Below are positions 37,351-47,111 of a stretch of 64,000 nt of DNA, in pieces. Origin of the DNA: Ignavibacteriota bacterium (GTDB lineage: Bacteria > Bacteroidota > Ignavibacteria > Palsa-1295); assembly GCA_963787835.1 (NCBI GenBank), contig CAWBEI010000002.1:672001-736000 (forward strand). Direction: 5' to 3'. Below the pieces are notes generated by a model, which worked only from the letters and a program-made list of their open reading frames with translations, made no database searches and was not told where the DNA came from. Positions within the stretch are counted from its first letter, which is position 1. Each line of letters begins with the position of its first letter. The position numbers and the translations under genes are program-made.

Positions 37351-37968
37351 TCATGCGCCGTGTTGTTCTTTTATTTTGTTGAGCGGCAGTACGCCACTTG
37401 AGCCCGGTGAACCCGTGACCGATAGATGGTCTCCCGAACGAGTATGCTCGTTCACGCGACCCGGTCCACTGGTACGGCATTCAAGGCAGAGGCCGAAGAT
37501 CTGAAACGAATGATACATAGGAGAAAATCCATACTGCGCGCAGGCATCGTCCTGTAACCGTTCAACGCGGGCATTCTCGAACTCCACGATCTTTCCGCAT
37601 TTCGTGCAGACCATGTGGTCGTGGTGCGGTCTGTCGGTGGTTTTCTCGTATTGAGCATGGCCCTGCGAAAAACGATAACGCGAAACCAACCCGCATTCAT
37701 GTAAGAGCGCAAGTGTCTTATAAACGGTAGCCCGAGAAACCTTCGAGCCGTTATTCTTCAGATAAATAAAAAGATTATCGGCATCGAAATGGTCGTTCCA
37801 GGCAAGCACGGCATCTAATACATCGAACCGCTCGGGGGTAATGCGGTATTGGCCATCCTGTAAGAATTTCCGGAAGTGCTCGTGCGGCTTTAGTGCCTCG
37901 CGCCGAATTCCTGCCGCGCGGGAAACTGGCGTTGCCTTTTTTCGGGATACACGAGTGGTGCCTGTCAT
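37351..37968 (-). CDS. fur: Fur-family transcriptional regulator
   Basis: RITPER, SRATVYKTL, HHDHMVCTKCG, CLEC. Confidence 0.92.
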   Translation of the reverse strand: MTGTTRVSRKKATPVSRAAGIRREALKPHEHFRKFLQDGQYRITPERFDVLDAVLAWNDHFDADNLFIYLKNNGSKVSRATVYKTLALLHECGLVSRYRFSQGHAQYEKTTDRPHHDHMVCTKCGKIVEFENARVERLQDDACAQYGFSPMYHSFQIFGLCLECRTSGPGRVNEHTRSGDHLSVTGSPGSSGVLPLNKIKEQHGA

Positions 37969-37971
37969 GCT

Positions 37972-37992
37972 TATTAAGATTGAGTCTTAATA
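37972..37992. promoter_or_regulatory. Putative Fur autoregulatory box
   Basis: TATTAAGATT-G-AGTCTTAATA (10-1-10, one mismatch), 3 nt before the fur ATG. Confidence 0.7.
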
Positions 37993-38059
37993 CAAGGTTT
38001 CAAACAGAGTCGTTCCACTGCCATTCGAATCTTAAATCAAGCTTCAGGCCGCGTATTTC

Positions 38060-40216
38060 TTAATACTTCCCGACCAGCACCTCGATCAACCCGGTCCCCG
38101 GACCATTGAAATTATCAAGCGCCTTGCCAAGAACCTCACCGATCTGCACCTTAGTAAGATCGGCTTTCATAGCGTGGCCGGGCGTCGAGGATGTAACGAG
38201 AAGATCACCGATCTGAATCGGGCCATTTTCTGCGGACACTTTCGTGGGAATCACGCCAATCACGCCAAGCGGTACTTTTTCCGATAGATCGGCATCGATA
38301 TTTTCGGGTGTAAGCAGCACTCCGGGCTTGGTAGCATATACGCCAGCGACAAGTCTCGAATACGACTCACTGCACTTTTCTACCTTGCGGCTACCCGTGC
38401 GTGAGATCACCAGCACGTCACCCGGCTCATAGCTCGATCGAGCATTGGGTACATCGAAGGTTTCGGCGACATCGGCACCGCCTGTCTGCGTGCCTCCATC
38501 GAAGAATCCTTTTCCGGTATTATCGATGCGTGCTTTATTCCCGGCTAAAGTCTGGAAAATGGCGATGTTGTTGTTAAACGTGGTCGAAGTTCCGCTTCCC
38601 TCGTACACTGCAACGAGCGCATTGCCCGTCGTGCTAGCTATGGCAAGCACGCCGGTTCCCGTACTGGACCAACCCTCGACCCCATTTCCGGGAGTGGAAA
38701 CTCCGTAGACCCCATCCGCACTGGTGGAAGTTCCGGATGCATTGCCATAGACCCCGATCCCGGAAACGGTCAGCCCATACACACCCCATCCTCCGCCGGC
38801 GTGGGAACCATAAACGCCAATTCCTAAAGAGCCAGTCCCGTCGTTCGTGCCCAGCACGGCGGCGGAAAAACCACCTGGTGAAAGCGCGGTGATCTCGCCT
38901 TGAATGGCCGCAGCGTTGGAAGATGTCGAACTGCTTTGAGCAAGGATGGATGGTTTTGTCGTTGACGATAACGAGGATACCGCTTTGATGGCGCTCCCCG
39001 ACCCGGCATTATTCACCTCAACGGTATTGGCCGTTGCCGATGTGTTCGTGATCTCAAACAGACCGGCGCGACCTGTCATCGTTCCTGAACCAACCGTACC
39101 ATAAATTGCTACGCCTGACGAATACGTAGCGCCCTCTATACCATATCCAGTATTCGTCAAACCGGCTATTCCGGATGAAGTAGAAGATGCACCGCAAACG
39201 CCGGAGTTGGTGAGTACGCCAACCGAGGCACCATCGGATGAATACCCGACCACCCCAATGCCGGACGAACTGGATGTGGTGCCTTGTACACCGGCAATGG
39301 CCCCAGCAGAGGCAGAGCCATTCAATGCGCTGCCCGAACCGCTATTGGTTACAGAGAACAATGCAGAACCTGAGGATACCGTTTGCGAATAAGGCAAAGA
39401 AAAAACGGCGGGGCTCACCCAGGCAGCGCCGCCGGAACCATTCGCAGTCAGAACCTGACCGTTAGTTGCGGCACCGGAACCTACCACAGCATTCGTTACG
39501 GCGCCATTCGCTATCTTCGCCGTGGTCACGGCGGCATTTGCTAATTTTAGTGTTGAAACAGCACCATCTGCAAGACCAAGGGTAGCCGTTGGACCGTTCG
39601 GTGCCGTAACGTTGATCGTACCATCGGTATTCTGAATCCCTTGAATGCCCGTTCCCCCACCACCAGTTGAGCTGATCGTGATCGTCTGGCCGTTGTTGGT
39701 GATCGTTGTGCCACCCGCCCCGGTGAGTGTTATGGCGCCTGCAAGATTATTAACGGAATGCACCGCGCCACCGACCACGCGCGCGGAATCCGCAAAGCGG
39801 CTGCTCCACGCCGTGGGAACTGCCCCCAGCTTAGTCCGAGGCGCGAGTTCCGCACCGCCATCGATGCTGATGCCGAGATAATAATTTGGAGCGGGACGCA
39901 CCGTTCCCATATAATCTCCGGCATCGAAGAGTGGCAATGGATTCGCCTTGTTCGTACCGATCTGAATGTTGAATACCCCGGCACTGAAGGCTACCGCGCC
40001 TTGAGATTCCTGATACAGAGCCGTTCCGCCTGAGGAATCGGAATAGATCGCCAGCGCGACGGAGTGCGCCCCTTGCAACGGCGATCCATTACTTGATGCG
40101 GTTCCCTGATACGTGATGACTTGTTGAGCGAAGGATGAAGATGAGGCGAGCACCAGGAAAAGAAAGAAACCCAGAGCGCGCACCGAGGTTTGAGAAATGC
40201 CCTTCTGTGTTTTCAT
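38060..40216 (-). CDS. Secreted fibre-like protein: YQG N-domain, Gly-rich repeats and C-terminal chaperone-like domain
   Basis: Signal peptide; ITYQG; AVTTAKIANGAVT stalk repeats; GVYG repeats; ADVAETF..EPGDVLV..VKVSAENGPI-like..GDLLVTSSTPGHAMKA..GKAL terminus. Confidence 0.7.
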   Translation of the reverse strand: MKTQKGISQTSVRALGFFLFLVLASSSSFAQQVITYQGTASSNGSPLQGAHSVALAIYSDSSGGTALYQESQGAVAFSAGVFNIQIGTNKANPLPLFDAGDYMGTVRPAPNYYLGISIDGGAELAPRTKLGAVPTAWSSRFADSARVVGGAVHSVNNLAGAITLTGAGGTTITNNGQTITISSTGGGGTGIQGIQNTDGTINVTAPNGPTATLGLADGAVSTLKLANAAVTTAKIANGAVTNAVVGSGAATNGQVLTANGSGGAAWVSPAVFSLPYSQTVSSGSALFSVTNSGSGSALNGSASAGAIAGVQGTTSSSSGIGVVGYSSDGASVGVLTNSGVCGASSTSSGIAGLTNTGYGIEGATYSSGVAIYGTVGSGTMTGRAGLFEITNTSATANTVEVNNAGSGSAIKAVSSLSSTTKPSILAQSSSTSSNAAAIQGEITALSPGGFSAAVLGTNDGTGSLGIGVYGSHAGGGWGVYGLTVSGIGVYGNASGTSTSADGVYGVSTPGNGVEGWSSTGTGVLAIASTTGNALVAVYEGSGTSTTFNNNIAIFQTLAGNKARIDNTGKGFFDGGTQTGGADVAETFDVPNARSSYEPGDVLVISRTGSRKVEKCSESYSRLVAGVYATKPGVLLTPENIDADLSEKVPLGVIGVIPTKVSAENGPIQIGDLLVTSSTPGHAMKADLTKVQIGEVLGKALDNFNGPGTGLIEVLVGKY

Positions 40217-40255
40217 AGCAAAAAATGGTTGGTTAAACTAAGACTATCGTTTGCA

Positions 40256-40283
40256 AATATACAATCAAAATTTGCCAATGCAA
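40256..40283 (-). promoter_or_regulatory. Putative promoter of the fibre-like gene
   Basis: TTGCAT-16 nt-TATATT(TG) on the minus strand. Confidence 0.45.
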
Positions 40284-40400
40284 CAAAAAGAAAATCCTGT
40301 GGTCTTCTTCCGGAAGACTATTCCAAAGGACAATGCTTTTGGAACCTCAAAACTTACTCAACGGGCCGCGAAATCGGCACAAGGTGCAGAAGATCGGAGG

Positions 40401-41675
40401 CTAAGCCTGAAAGTATGCCATCCCGTTATTGATCACTCCCACGACCTTCCCGGTAAATTCCTTCCCGATAAATGGCGTATTCCGAGAATGCGAATGAATG
40501 TCCGTTTCCGAAAATCTCCATGTGCAATTGGGATCGAAAATGGTGAAATTCGCGCGCTCCCCTTCTCTGATTTGGACGTTTGGAAGTCCCAGCAATGTAC
40601 GCGGATTTGACGACGAGCACTCGATATAGTGTGAAAGTGTGAGATGCCCCGCATGAACGAGAGTAGTCAGCCCGATCGGAATTGCTGTTTCGAGACCGAT
40701 AATTCCCATAGCTGCGCTTACCATATCCGTCTCTTTTTCATGCGTGGCGTGCGGTGCGTGATCGGTGGCAATGCAATCGATCGTTCCATCTCGCAATCCT
40801 TCAATGATCGCATCCACATCCTCTTGCGTGCGGAGCGGCGGACACATTTTCGCCATAGTACCATGCGCTTCGACAGCTTCATCGGTTAATGTGAAATGAT
40901 GCGGAGTAACTTCGCACGAAACAGACAATCCGCGCGCCTTCGCTTCGCGGACGAGCCGGACCCCGCCTTTCGTGCTTACATGCGCTACGTGATAACGCAC
41001 CCCTCCGACATATTCCGCAAGCAAAATATCGCGCGCAATAATAATTTCTTCTGCTACGCTGGGCCAGCCGGGAAGACCGAGTCTTGTAGAAACACGACCT
41101 TCGTTCATTGCGGTGCCAGATGTCATCGAATGCTCTTCACAATGCTGCGTTACCAGCAGATCGAACATTTTTGCGTATTCGAACACACGTCGCATTACTT
41201 CGGCGCTTCTGACTGCCGCACCATCGTCGGAGATCATCTTTACACCCGCCTTTGCGAGCGCGGCCATCGGGGCAAGTTCTTCGCCTTTGCGATCCTTCGT
41301 CATCGTTCCGCAAATAGATAGATCGACAAGATGCCCTGCGGCTTTCTCTTTGATATAACTTACGACGAATGGATCGGATATCGGCGGCTCGGTATTCGGC
41401 ATGCAGCATACACCGGTAAAACCGCCGGCCATTGCTGCATTCAATCCAGATTCAATTGTCTCTTTATATTCTTGTCCGGGTTCCCGCAAATGGACGTGCA
41501 TATCGAAAAACCCAGGTGCAACGACGGCTCCGGCAAGGTCGCGCGCTTCAACATCCGATTCCAACCCACGCCCAATACGCGTGATGACGCCTTCGCGAAT
41601 TTCAAGATCGACGCCAGACTCATCGAGCTTTAGCGAGGGATCGATCACACGCGCATTTCGAAGAACTATATCCAT
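40401..41675 (-). CDS. pyrC: Dihydroorotase
   Basis: DMHVHLREPG, MPNT, EVTPHH, ATDHAPH. Confidence 0.95.
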   Translation of the reverse strand: MDIVLRNARVIDPSLKLDESGVDLEIREGVITRIGRGLESDVEARDLAGAVVAPGFFDMHVHLREPGQEYKETIESGLNAAMAGGFTGVCCMPNTEPPISDPFVVSYIKEKAAGHLVDLSICGTMTKDRKGEELAPMAALAKAGVKMISDDGAAVRSAEVMRRVFEYAKMFDLLVTQHCEEHSMTSGTAMNEGRVSTRLGLPGWPSVAEEIIIARDILLAEYVGGVRYHVAHVSTKGGVRLVREAKARGLSVSCEVTPHHFTLTDEAVEAHGTMAKMCPPLRTQEDVDAIIEGLRDGTIDCIATDHAPHATHEKETDMVSAAMGIIGLETAIPIGLTTLVHAGHLTLSHYIECSSSNPRTLLGLPNVQIREGERANFTIFDPNCTWRFSETDIHSHSRNTPFIGKEFTGKVVGVINNGMAYFQA

Positions 41676-41697
41676 TCTTAATTCTTAATTTTTACTT

Positions 41698-42612
41698 TTA
41701 ATCGAATACCCATTCCATCACAGCCATTCTTAACGCGACGCCGCGCTTCACTTGCCGAAGCACCAGCGAGCGTGGTCCATATACCATTTCGCTTTCGAGT
41801 TCGATCCCGTGGTTGATCGGGCCGGGATGTAGAATAAGAGCGGTGGATTTTGCCATGCGTTCCGGCGTCATTCCATACAGCTCGCGATATTCTTCAAGAC
41901 TTGGGAAAAATCCGCGAGCCTGGCGCTCCATTTGAATGCGGAGCATCATAATGACATCGGCCTTTTGCAAAACCGAATCAAGATCGTGCGTGGTCTCGAT
42001 GCCAAAGACTTCCGAAGTCTCGCGCGGCAGGAGGGTATCCGGAGCAACGAACGTAACAAGAGCGCCAAGCTTTTTCAACAGCCACGCATTCGAGCGCGCC
42101 ACACGAGAATGCAAAATATCACCAACGATGGCAATGCGTTTCCCATTCAATTTTCCAAGCGCGGCACGCATTTCTGCGGCATCGAGCAATGCTTGCGTGG
42201 GATGTTCGTGGACGCCATCGCCCGCATTAATGACATGCACATTTTCCGGAAGCCGCTCCGACAAAAACTTCGGAACACCTCCAACATTATGCCGAATCAC
42301 AAAGGCATCGACCTTCATCGCTTCCAGCACGAGGATCGTATCTAAAATGGATTCGCCTTTACTTAGGCTGCTGACAGCGGGGGTTAGCGTAATGACGTCC
42401 GCACCCAAACGGCGTTCGGCAAGTTCGAAAGATGTTCGAGTGCGCGTAGAAGCTTCGAAGAATAGATTCGCAATTGTTCGGCCTTCGAGCAGATGCGATC
42501 TTTGAAATGGGCCGGGCGCGTTGAGAAATTCTAAATAATAGTCGCTTCGGTCGAGAAGATGGAGGATGGTCTCGACGGGCAGGGCCTCGATGGTTAGGAG
42601 GTCTTTCCTCAA
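41698..42612 (-). CDS. pyrB: Aspartate carbamoyltransferase catalytic subunit
   Basis: FFEASTRTRTSFE, HEHPTQALLD, HPGP. Confidence 0.95.
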   Translation of the reverse strand: MRKDLLTIEALPVETILHLLDRSDYYLEFLNAPGPFQRSHLLEGRTIANLFFEASTRTRTSFELAERRLGADVITLTPAVSSLSKGESILDTILVLEAMKVDAFVIRHNVGGVPKFLSERLPENVHVINAGDGVHEHPTQALLDAAEMRAALGKLNGKRIAIVGDILHSRVARSNAWLLKKLGALVTFVAPDTLLPRETSEVFGIETTHDLDSVLQKADVIMMLRIQMERQARGFFPSLEEYRELYGMTPERMAKSTALILHPGPINHGIELESEMVYGPRSLVLRQVKRGVALRMAVMEWVFD

Positions 42613-42649
42613 AGTGTGCCGTTAACACCGGGTAGCGGGCGTCGGTTTC

Positions 42650-42751
42650 TGACTGAGATTTATGGGATTTTTAGGAGATTTTGGGGATGGCAACAAGCAC
42701 CCCTGAGCCACATCCCATAAAATCCCTAAAAAATCGCACGAATCTCAGTCA
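42650..42751. repeat. Inverted-repeat element at the island boundary
   Basis: TGACTGAGATT ... AATCTCAGTCA terminal IR with internal GGATT/AATCC units. Confidence 0.7.
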
Positions 42752-44346
42752 CATTTTAGCCAGCACAATAGCCAATTCCTCCGAGCGTTTCAGCTTCATC
42801 TTTTGCCGGATGTGATTCCGGTGGTTCTCGACCGTCCGCTCCGATAGGCACAGCAGCCGCGCTATATCCTCCGATTTCAAATTCATGCGCACGAGCAAGC
42901 AAATGCGAAGTTCGGTTGGTGAAAGCTCGGGATATTTCTCCAACAGCTTTTTCGTAAACTCCGGGTGCGCGGCTTTGAACTGCGTGTCGAATTTCTCCCA
43001 ATCGACCGCCTTGCATGGCAGCGTCTTCAGCCGCTCGCGGAGTTCTTTGGCGGCGCCATCGGGCATGGGGAATTTGCGGATGAATTTCAGGAGACCGTTC
43101 TCAATTCTGAAAGTAATTCAGTTTGAGCGATGAGTTGGAGGGTGGAATTGGCAAGTTCTTTCTCCGTTTGCTGGGCTCGCAAGTTCGCAAGTTCCGTTTC
43201 TTTATGACTTCGCTCGACTTCCAATGCGGACTCAAGAGTTTTAAGCCTAAGCCGAGTTTCCTCGGACTCGTGCTTCTCGTGATTTTCTTTGAAAAGCTCA
43301 AAAAAATGAAGTGCTTTTTCAAATTCGTTGATCTCCTTATAGATCATTGCAAGAAGCTGGTTGGAAGTACACCCCAAAGTATGATTAGATATTGAAGTGC
43401 CTATCTGGGCAGCTTCCATGAAATGGGGAATTGCAGATTGATGATCGCCCAGCTCATTTTTGATACGGCCCAAAAGAAATTCAGCGGATCCCGTGAAGAG
43501 CGCATGTTTGGATTCTTGCGCAAGTGATAGCGCTGTTAAGGCATGATTTTCGGCTTGATCAAACTCTTTCAATTCACGATAGGTATCGGCTAAAATCCTA
43601 TGAGCGTGTGACTTCCCAACATTGTTCGTTGCAAGCATAAGTGCCTCTTGTGCAAAAGGAATGCTTTCGCGATAGAGACCATGCCCACCTTTTGCTTGAC
43701 TTACCTGCAAAAGCAAACGTGCTTTCCATGCTCTGTCGGAAGTATCGCCAGCCAATCTGAGTGCTTCCTCAGCATGATAAAGAAACCCATCGAGATCATG
43801 CGAAATTTTTGCAATCTCGGACAATCCTAAATGGCAATTTTGAATTTCCCTGATGAGATTATTTTTGTTCGCTACCGCAAGTGCTTCTTCAAGATACTCT
43901 AAAGATTTGGCCGTATTGCCGAGAAACATTGAATCATTTGCGATGCGAATCAGGGCATTAGTGATAAGTTTATGGTCATTTGTTTTTTTTGCGAGCCTCA
44001 AGGTCTCAACACGGCTTACAAACCCTTGCTCTGTTTTGCCAAGGAAGGTATTGGAGTTCTCTAAATCCGAGCGGCATCGAACTAAGTTAACAATATCGTC
44101 TAATTCAGAATACAATGCAATTGCTTGCGACAACGGAAGGAGTGACTTCTCGTAATCTGCTAATTCAATAAAGCCTTTACCGATGGCAGCTTGCGCTTTA
44201 GCAACCCATATCTTCGAATCAATTTCTTGAGCAAGAGCGAGTAATTCTTCCCCAAGCTTCACGCGATCTGCTCCGGTGTGGTCTTTTCCATCAAAATCGC
44301 GTTTCTCAATCTCTTGGAGCGCATTGAGTTTGCGTTTTTCGGTCAC
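42749..44346 (-). pseudogene. TPR plus LuxR-HTH regulator split by a single-base frameshift (possibly an assembly error)
   Basis: TPR ORF 43087-44346 and HTH ORF 42749-43066 join as ...SELRNGLLKFIRKFPMPDG... if one T is added at 43098-43099; LSPTELRIC..SERTVENHR. Confidence 0.8.
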
Positions 44347-44429
44347 TGAATTATCGAGGAATTAAAGAAAAATGCACCAAGCCTACCAAGGCTTTACCCC
44401 GGCAGGCATGATACAAAAATACCACTATT

Positions 44430-45461
44430 TCACCGCACCCAATTAAGATCGCCTTCGACGCCGGTAGTCGAAGCTACTGTCGTGGTTGACGATGTAAACG
44501 TCACAACCTTCGTCAGAGCGAGCGTGGATAAATTTAGATATGCTATTCCGCTATTATTCGGTGACCACGTCGGGCCTGTACACTCGACGGAATTTGTCGT
44601 TGGCGTCGAACCGGTGGACGGGGCTACGTAATATAGCTCCCAAGGTGTAGAACTATTCGGGGTGTACATATACGCGAGTTCGTTCATGCCGCTATTCGAC
44701 CATTCGAGATTCCTGCACGAGCCCGAGATTGGGATCGAGTCCTCTGCTGCGCCAGTGGAAGAGTTGAAGATCAGGATGGTAAAATGTAGGGTTGTATCTT
44801 GGCGCAAGACTGCGATTTTCGAATCATCTGGACTCCATGTCGGATTTTCGTAAAGGCCAAGACAAACTGTCCCCATCACCTTCTTAAAAGATGCAAGTAC
44901 GGTAGGTGTTCCTCCCGATTGGGAAATCGTGCAGAGATCCGTAACACCGTATTGTGAACTTGATGTATGCAGCCGAGTAAATGCGATTTCACCCACAGAT
45001 GAAGTTGCACACCACGCCGGTCCGCTCTGAATTCTGTCCGAATCGCTGGATGTGAGCGAATAAATCGTCTGCGCATTGCTGGCGACGGGAACTCCCTTCG
45101 AATTCACGCTAATATCGACAGTGTTAATGGCCCAAGACGCGCTCTCCGCACTAAAATAGACAATCGAAGCTCCGTCGTAATTCCAGCTTGGATTTAAGAA
45201 GTTCTCAACCGTGTAGTTCGAGGGCGCTCTGACAACATTTGTCTGGTTTGCACCAGTTGAATCCATCACGCCGATAGTAATATACGTATTTCCCTTGATG
45301 GTTGTATCTCCAACATAAGCAATGACGGGGTCAGCCGGCGGTGGGCTGCTCTTGAGCGGCAGATTAATACCACTGTTAGCCGATTGTGGGTCTTGCTGGC
45401 AGGATGAAAGAAATGAAGCAGCCGCGAACACAGCGACGGCAAGAAGAAGCGATGTTTTCAT
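44430..45461 (-). CDS. Lipoprotein with TolB-like beta-propeller
   Basis: Lipobox LSSC; PSW/PAW/PTWSPD repeats. Confidence 0.75.
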   Translation of the reverse strand: MKTSLLLAVAVFAAASFLSSCQQDPQSANSGINLPLKSSPPPADPVIAYVGDTTIKGNTYITIGVMDSTGANQTNVVRAPSNYTVENFLNPSWNYDGASIVYFSAESASWAINTVDISVNSKGVPVASNAQTIYSLTSSDSDRIQSGPAWCATSSVGEIAFTRLHTSSSQYGVTDLCTISQSGGTPTVLASFKKVMGTVCLGLYENPTWSPDDSKIAVLRQDTTLHFTILIFNSSTGAAEDSIPISGSCRNLEWSNSGMNELAYMYTPNSSTPWELYYVAPSTGSTPTTNSVECTGPTWSPNNSGIAYLNLSTLALTKVVTFTSSTTTVASTTGVEGDLNWVR

Positions 45462-45491
45462 GGGAAGTTTAATATTTAGAATGATGAAAAA

Positions 45492-45935
45492 TTAGTTACG
45501 AATGGAAAGTTTGTAGGAATAGCGTTCTTTGCCATCATCGAGCGTGAGCATATAAGTGCCGCTCGCCAGGCTGTGAAGTGTGAATTGAAGGTTATCGTTC
45601 TCGCGCATCATAAATGGCGTTGCATCGAGCACGAATGCTCCGCGTTCGTCATAGAGCGAAGCTGAAATATGATTCCCGATGTCGGCAGCGTCGATAGTGA
45701 AAATGCCCGTTGAAGGATTAGGAAAAAGTGATGTCGAATCCGTTTCCATTTGGATAACGACACTATTGTTGGTCAAAAAGAATGGAATAAATAACCCTCC
45801 CACGAATCCATATCCGGCAGCACCATTGCTGTTCGTAAGCAACGCCGAGCCGTTGCCATAGATCGTTGCGCTGGAATCCTGCGCTTGAGTCGATGAAGCC
45901 AGAAAGGAAATTGCAAATAAAAAAAGTATTTTCAT
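45492..45935 (-). CDS. Small T9SS-CTD protein
   Basis: Signal peptide, ~45-aa mature N-part, LFPNPSTG...LYDERG...SGTYML. Confidence 0.75.
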   Translation of the reverse strand: MKILFLFAISFLASSTQAQDSSATIYGNGSALLTNSNGAAGYGFVGGLFIPFFLTNNSVVIQMETDSTSLFPNPSTGIFTIDAADIGNHISASLYDERGAFVLDATPFMMRENDNLQFTLHSLASGTYMLTLDDGKERYSYKLSIRN

Positions 45936-45939
45936 GGCG

Positions 45940-46944
45940 TTACCTCACTTTGATGAGCCAATACACGTAGGCGTTGTTCGGGCGAGTCTCAGTACAACTC
46001 AGTACAGCGCCGCTGGCTAATGGTGGCCCCGCATAGCTTGCTTGGTTTGGCACAGTGTTCACGTCTAAATAGAAAGATCCAGCACCACTATTTTCAGAGT
46101 TCAGTATTGGGCCGCTACCCCAATTTGGCAGCTGCTGAGAGTTAGAGCCGCTACCGTTGAAGTTATATCCCAAATATGCGACCTGATGCGTGTGATCTTG
46201 AATCATATCGGTCTGTACTGAACCTACTCCAGTACGGCTCGCAGTGGCATTTTCTGCGGTTGGAGCAGAACGACCATCTTGCGGATCGGCAAATTGATCA
46301 ACTCGTGCAGCATAAGGCCCCGAAGATTGGGTTCCTGTATTTACTCCGCGTAAAAATAATCCGCGCAAATCAGGAAGAGCGAGTGAATCACCAAAATTGT
46401 TCGAACCGTAAAGGGTTCCGACATTTTCGTTATATGATGGAAAGCTGTCCGCTGCGATTAGTCGTCCATCACACACGAACCAACCTAATTGAGCTTCATT
46501 TCCAAGCCCTCGAATGCTACCAGCGTAAGCAACTATCGTTCCCACGGGCGCTTGAGGAATATGAATCGCAGAATCGGCGATTCGTGCATTCATAGCATAC
46601 GGGGATGCAGCCAGTTGAACACGACCAAGTGTGTTGCCGTTGATAAGCACTTCCAACCAATACTGATTATTGAACGTCGTGTATGGGTTCTGCCAGTTTT
46701 GGCTGAAGTTCAGCATAACGGTATAGTACCCGTTCGTGACCTGAACATTCTGCGATTGCTGGTTCCAGGCCTGCGTACCACCCGATTGCTGATCCCAGAG
46801 CGTAAAACTCGCTGGAACGCTGCCATTGAAAGGTTGCCCGTTCTGAGTGAGATAACCCTGATACGCTATATTTTGCGGTATCTGCGCTCGAACGGCAGAG
46901 GCCGCTCCGATACTCAGAACCAAGAAAAGAAGTAGTTTTTTCAT
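45940..46944 (-). CDS. Secreted YQG-domain protein with phage tail-collar domain
   Basis: MKKLLLF signal peptide; IAYQG; PVGTIVAYAG, GWFVCDG, LPDLRGLFLRG, ETRPNN..WLIK. Confidence 0.8.
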   Translation of the reverse strand: MKKLLLFLVLSIGAASAVRAQIPQNIAYQGYLTQNGQPFNGSVPASFTLWDQQSGGTQAWNQQSQNVQVTNGYYTVMLNFSQNWQNPYTTFNNQYWLEVLINGNTLGRVQLAASPYAMNARIADSAIHIPQAPVGTIVAYAGSIRGLGNEAQLGWFVCDGRLIAADSFPSYNENVGTLYGSNNFGDSLALPDLRGLFLRGVNTGTQSSGPYAARVDQFADPQDGRSAPTAENATASRTGVGSVQTDMIQDHTHQVAYLGYNFNGSGSNSQQLPNWGSGPILNSENSGAGSFYLDVNTVPNQASYAGPPLASGAVLSCTETRPNNAYVYWLIKVR

Positions 46945-47111
46945 TGTATTTGCATCCGATTGAATAAAGTGAACTAACGGATACAAAATTACCGGGTACT
47001 ACACCTTTGTCGTTACTCATTTAATACTCATTCCTGAGATTTATTTCTTGAAATTCGTTCAGCTTAGAGTTTCGCGCACACAATGAAACCCGAACGTGTT
47101 ATATCCCAGAT

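Noticed and set aside
38060-46944. Prophage or contractile injection system suggested by tail-fibre/collar domains
   Set aside because: No capsid, sheath, baseplate, terminase or integrase genes; both proteins have Sec signals and pyrBC lies between them.
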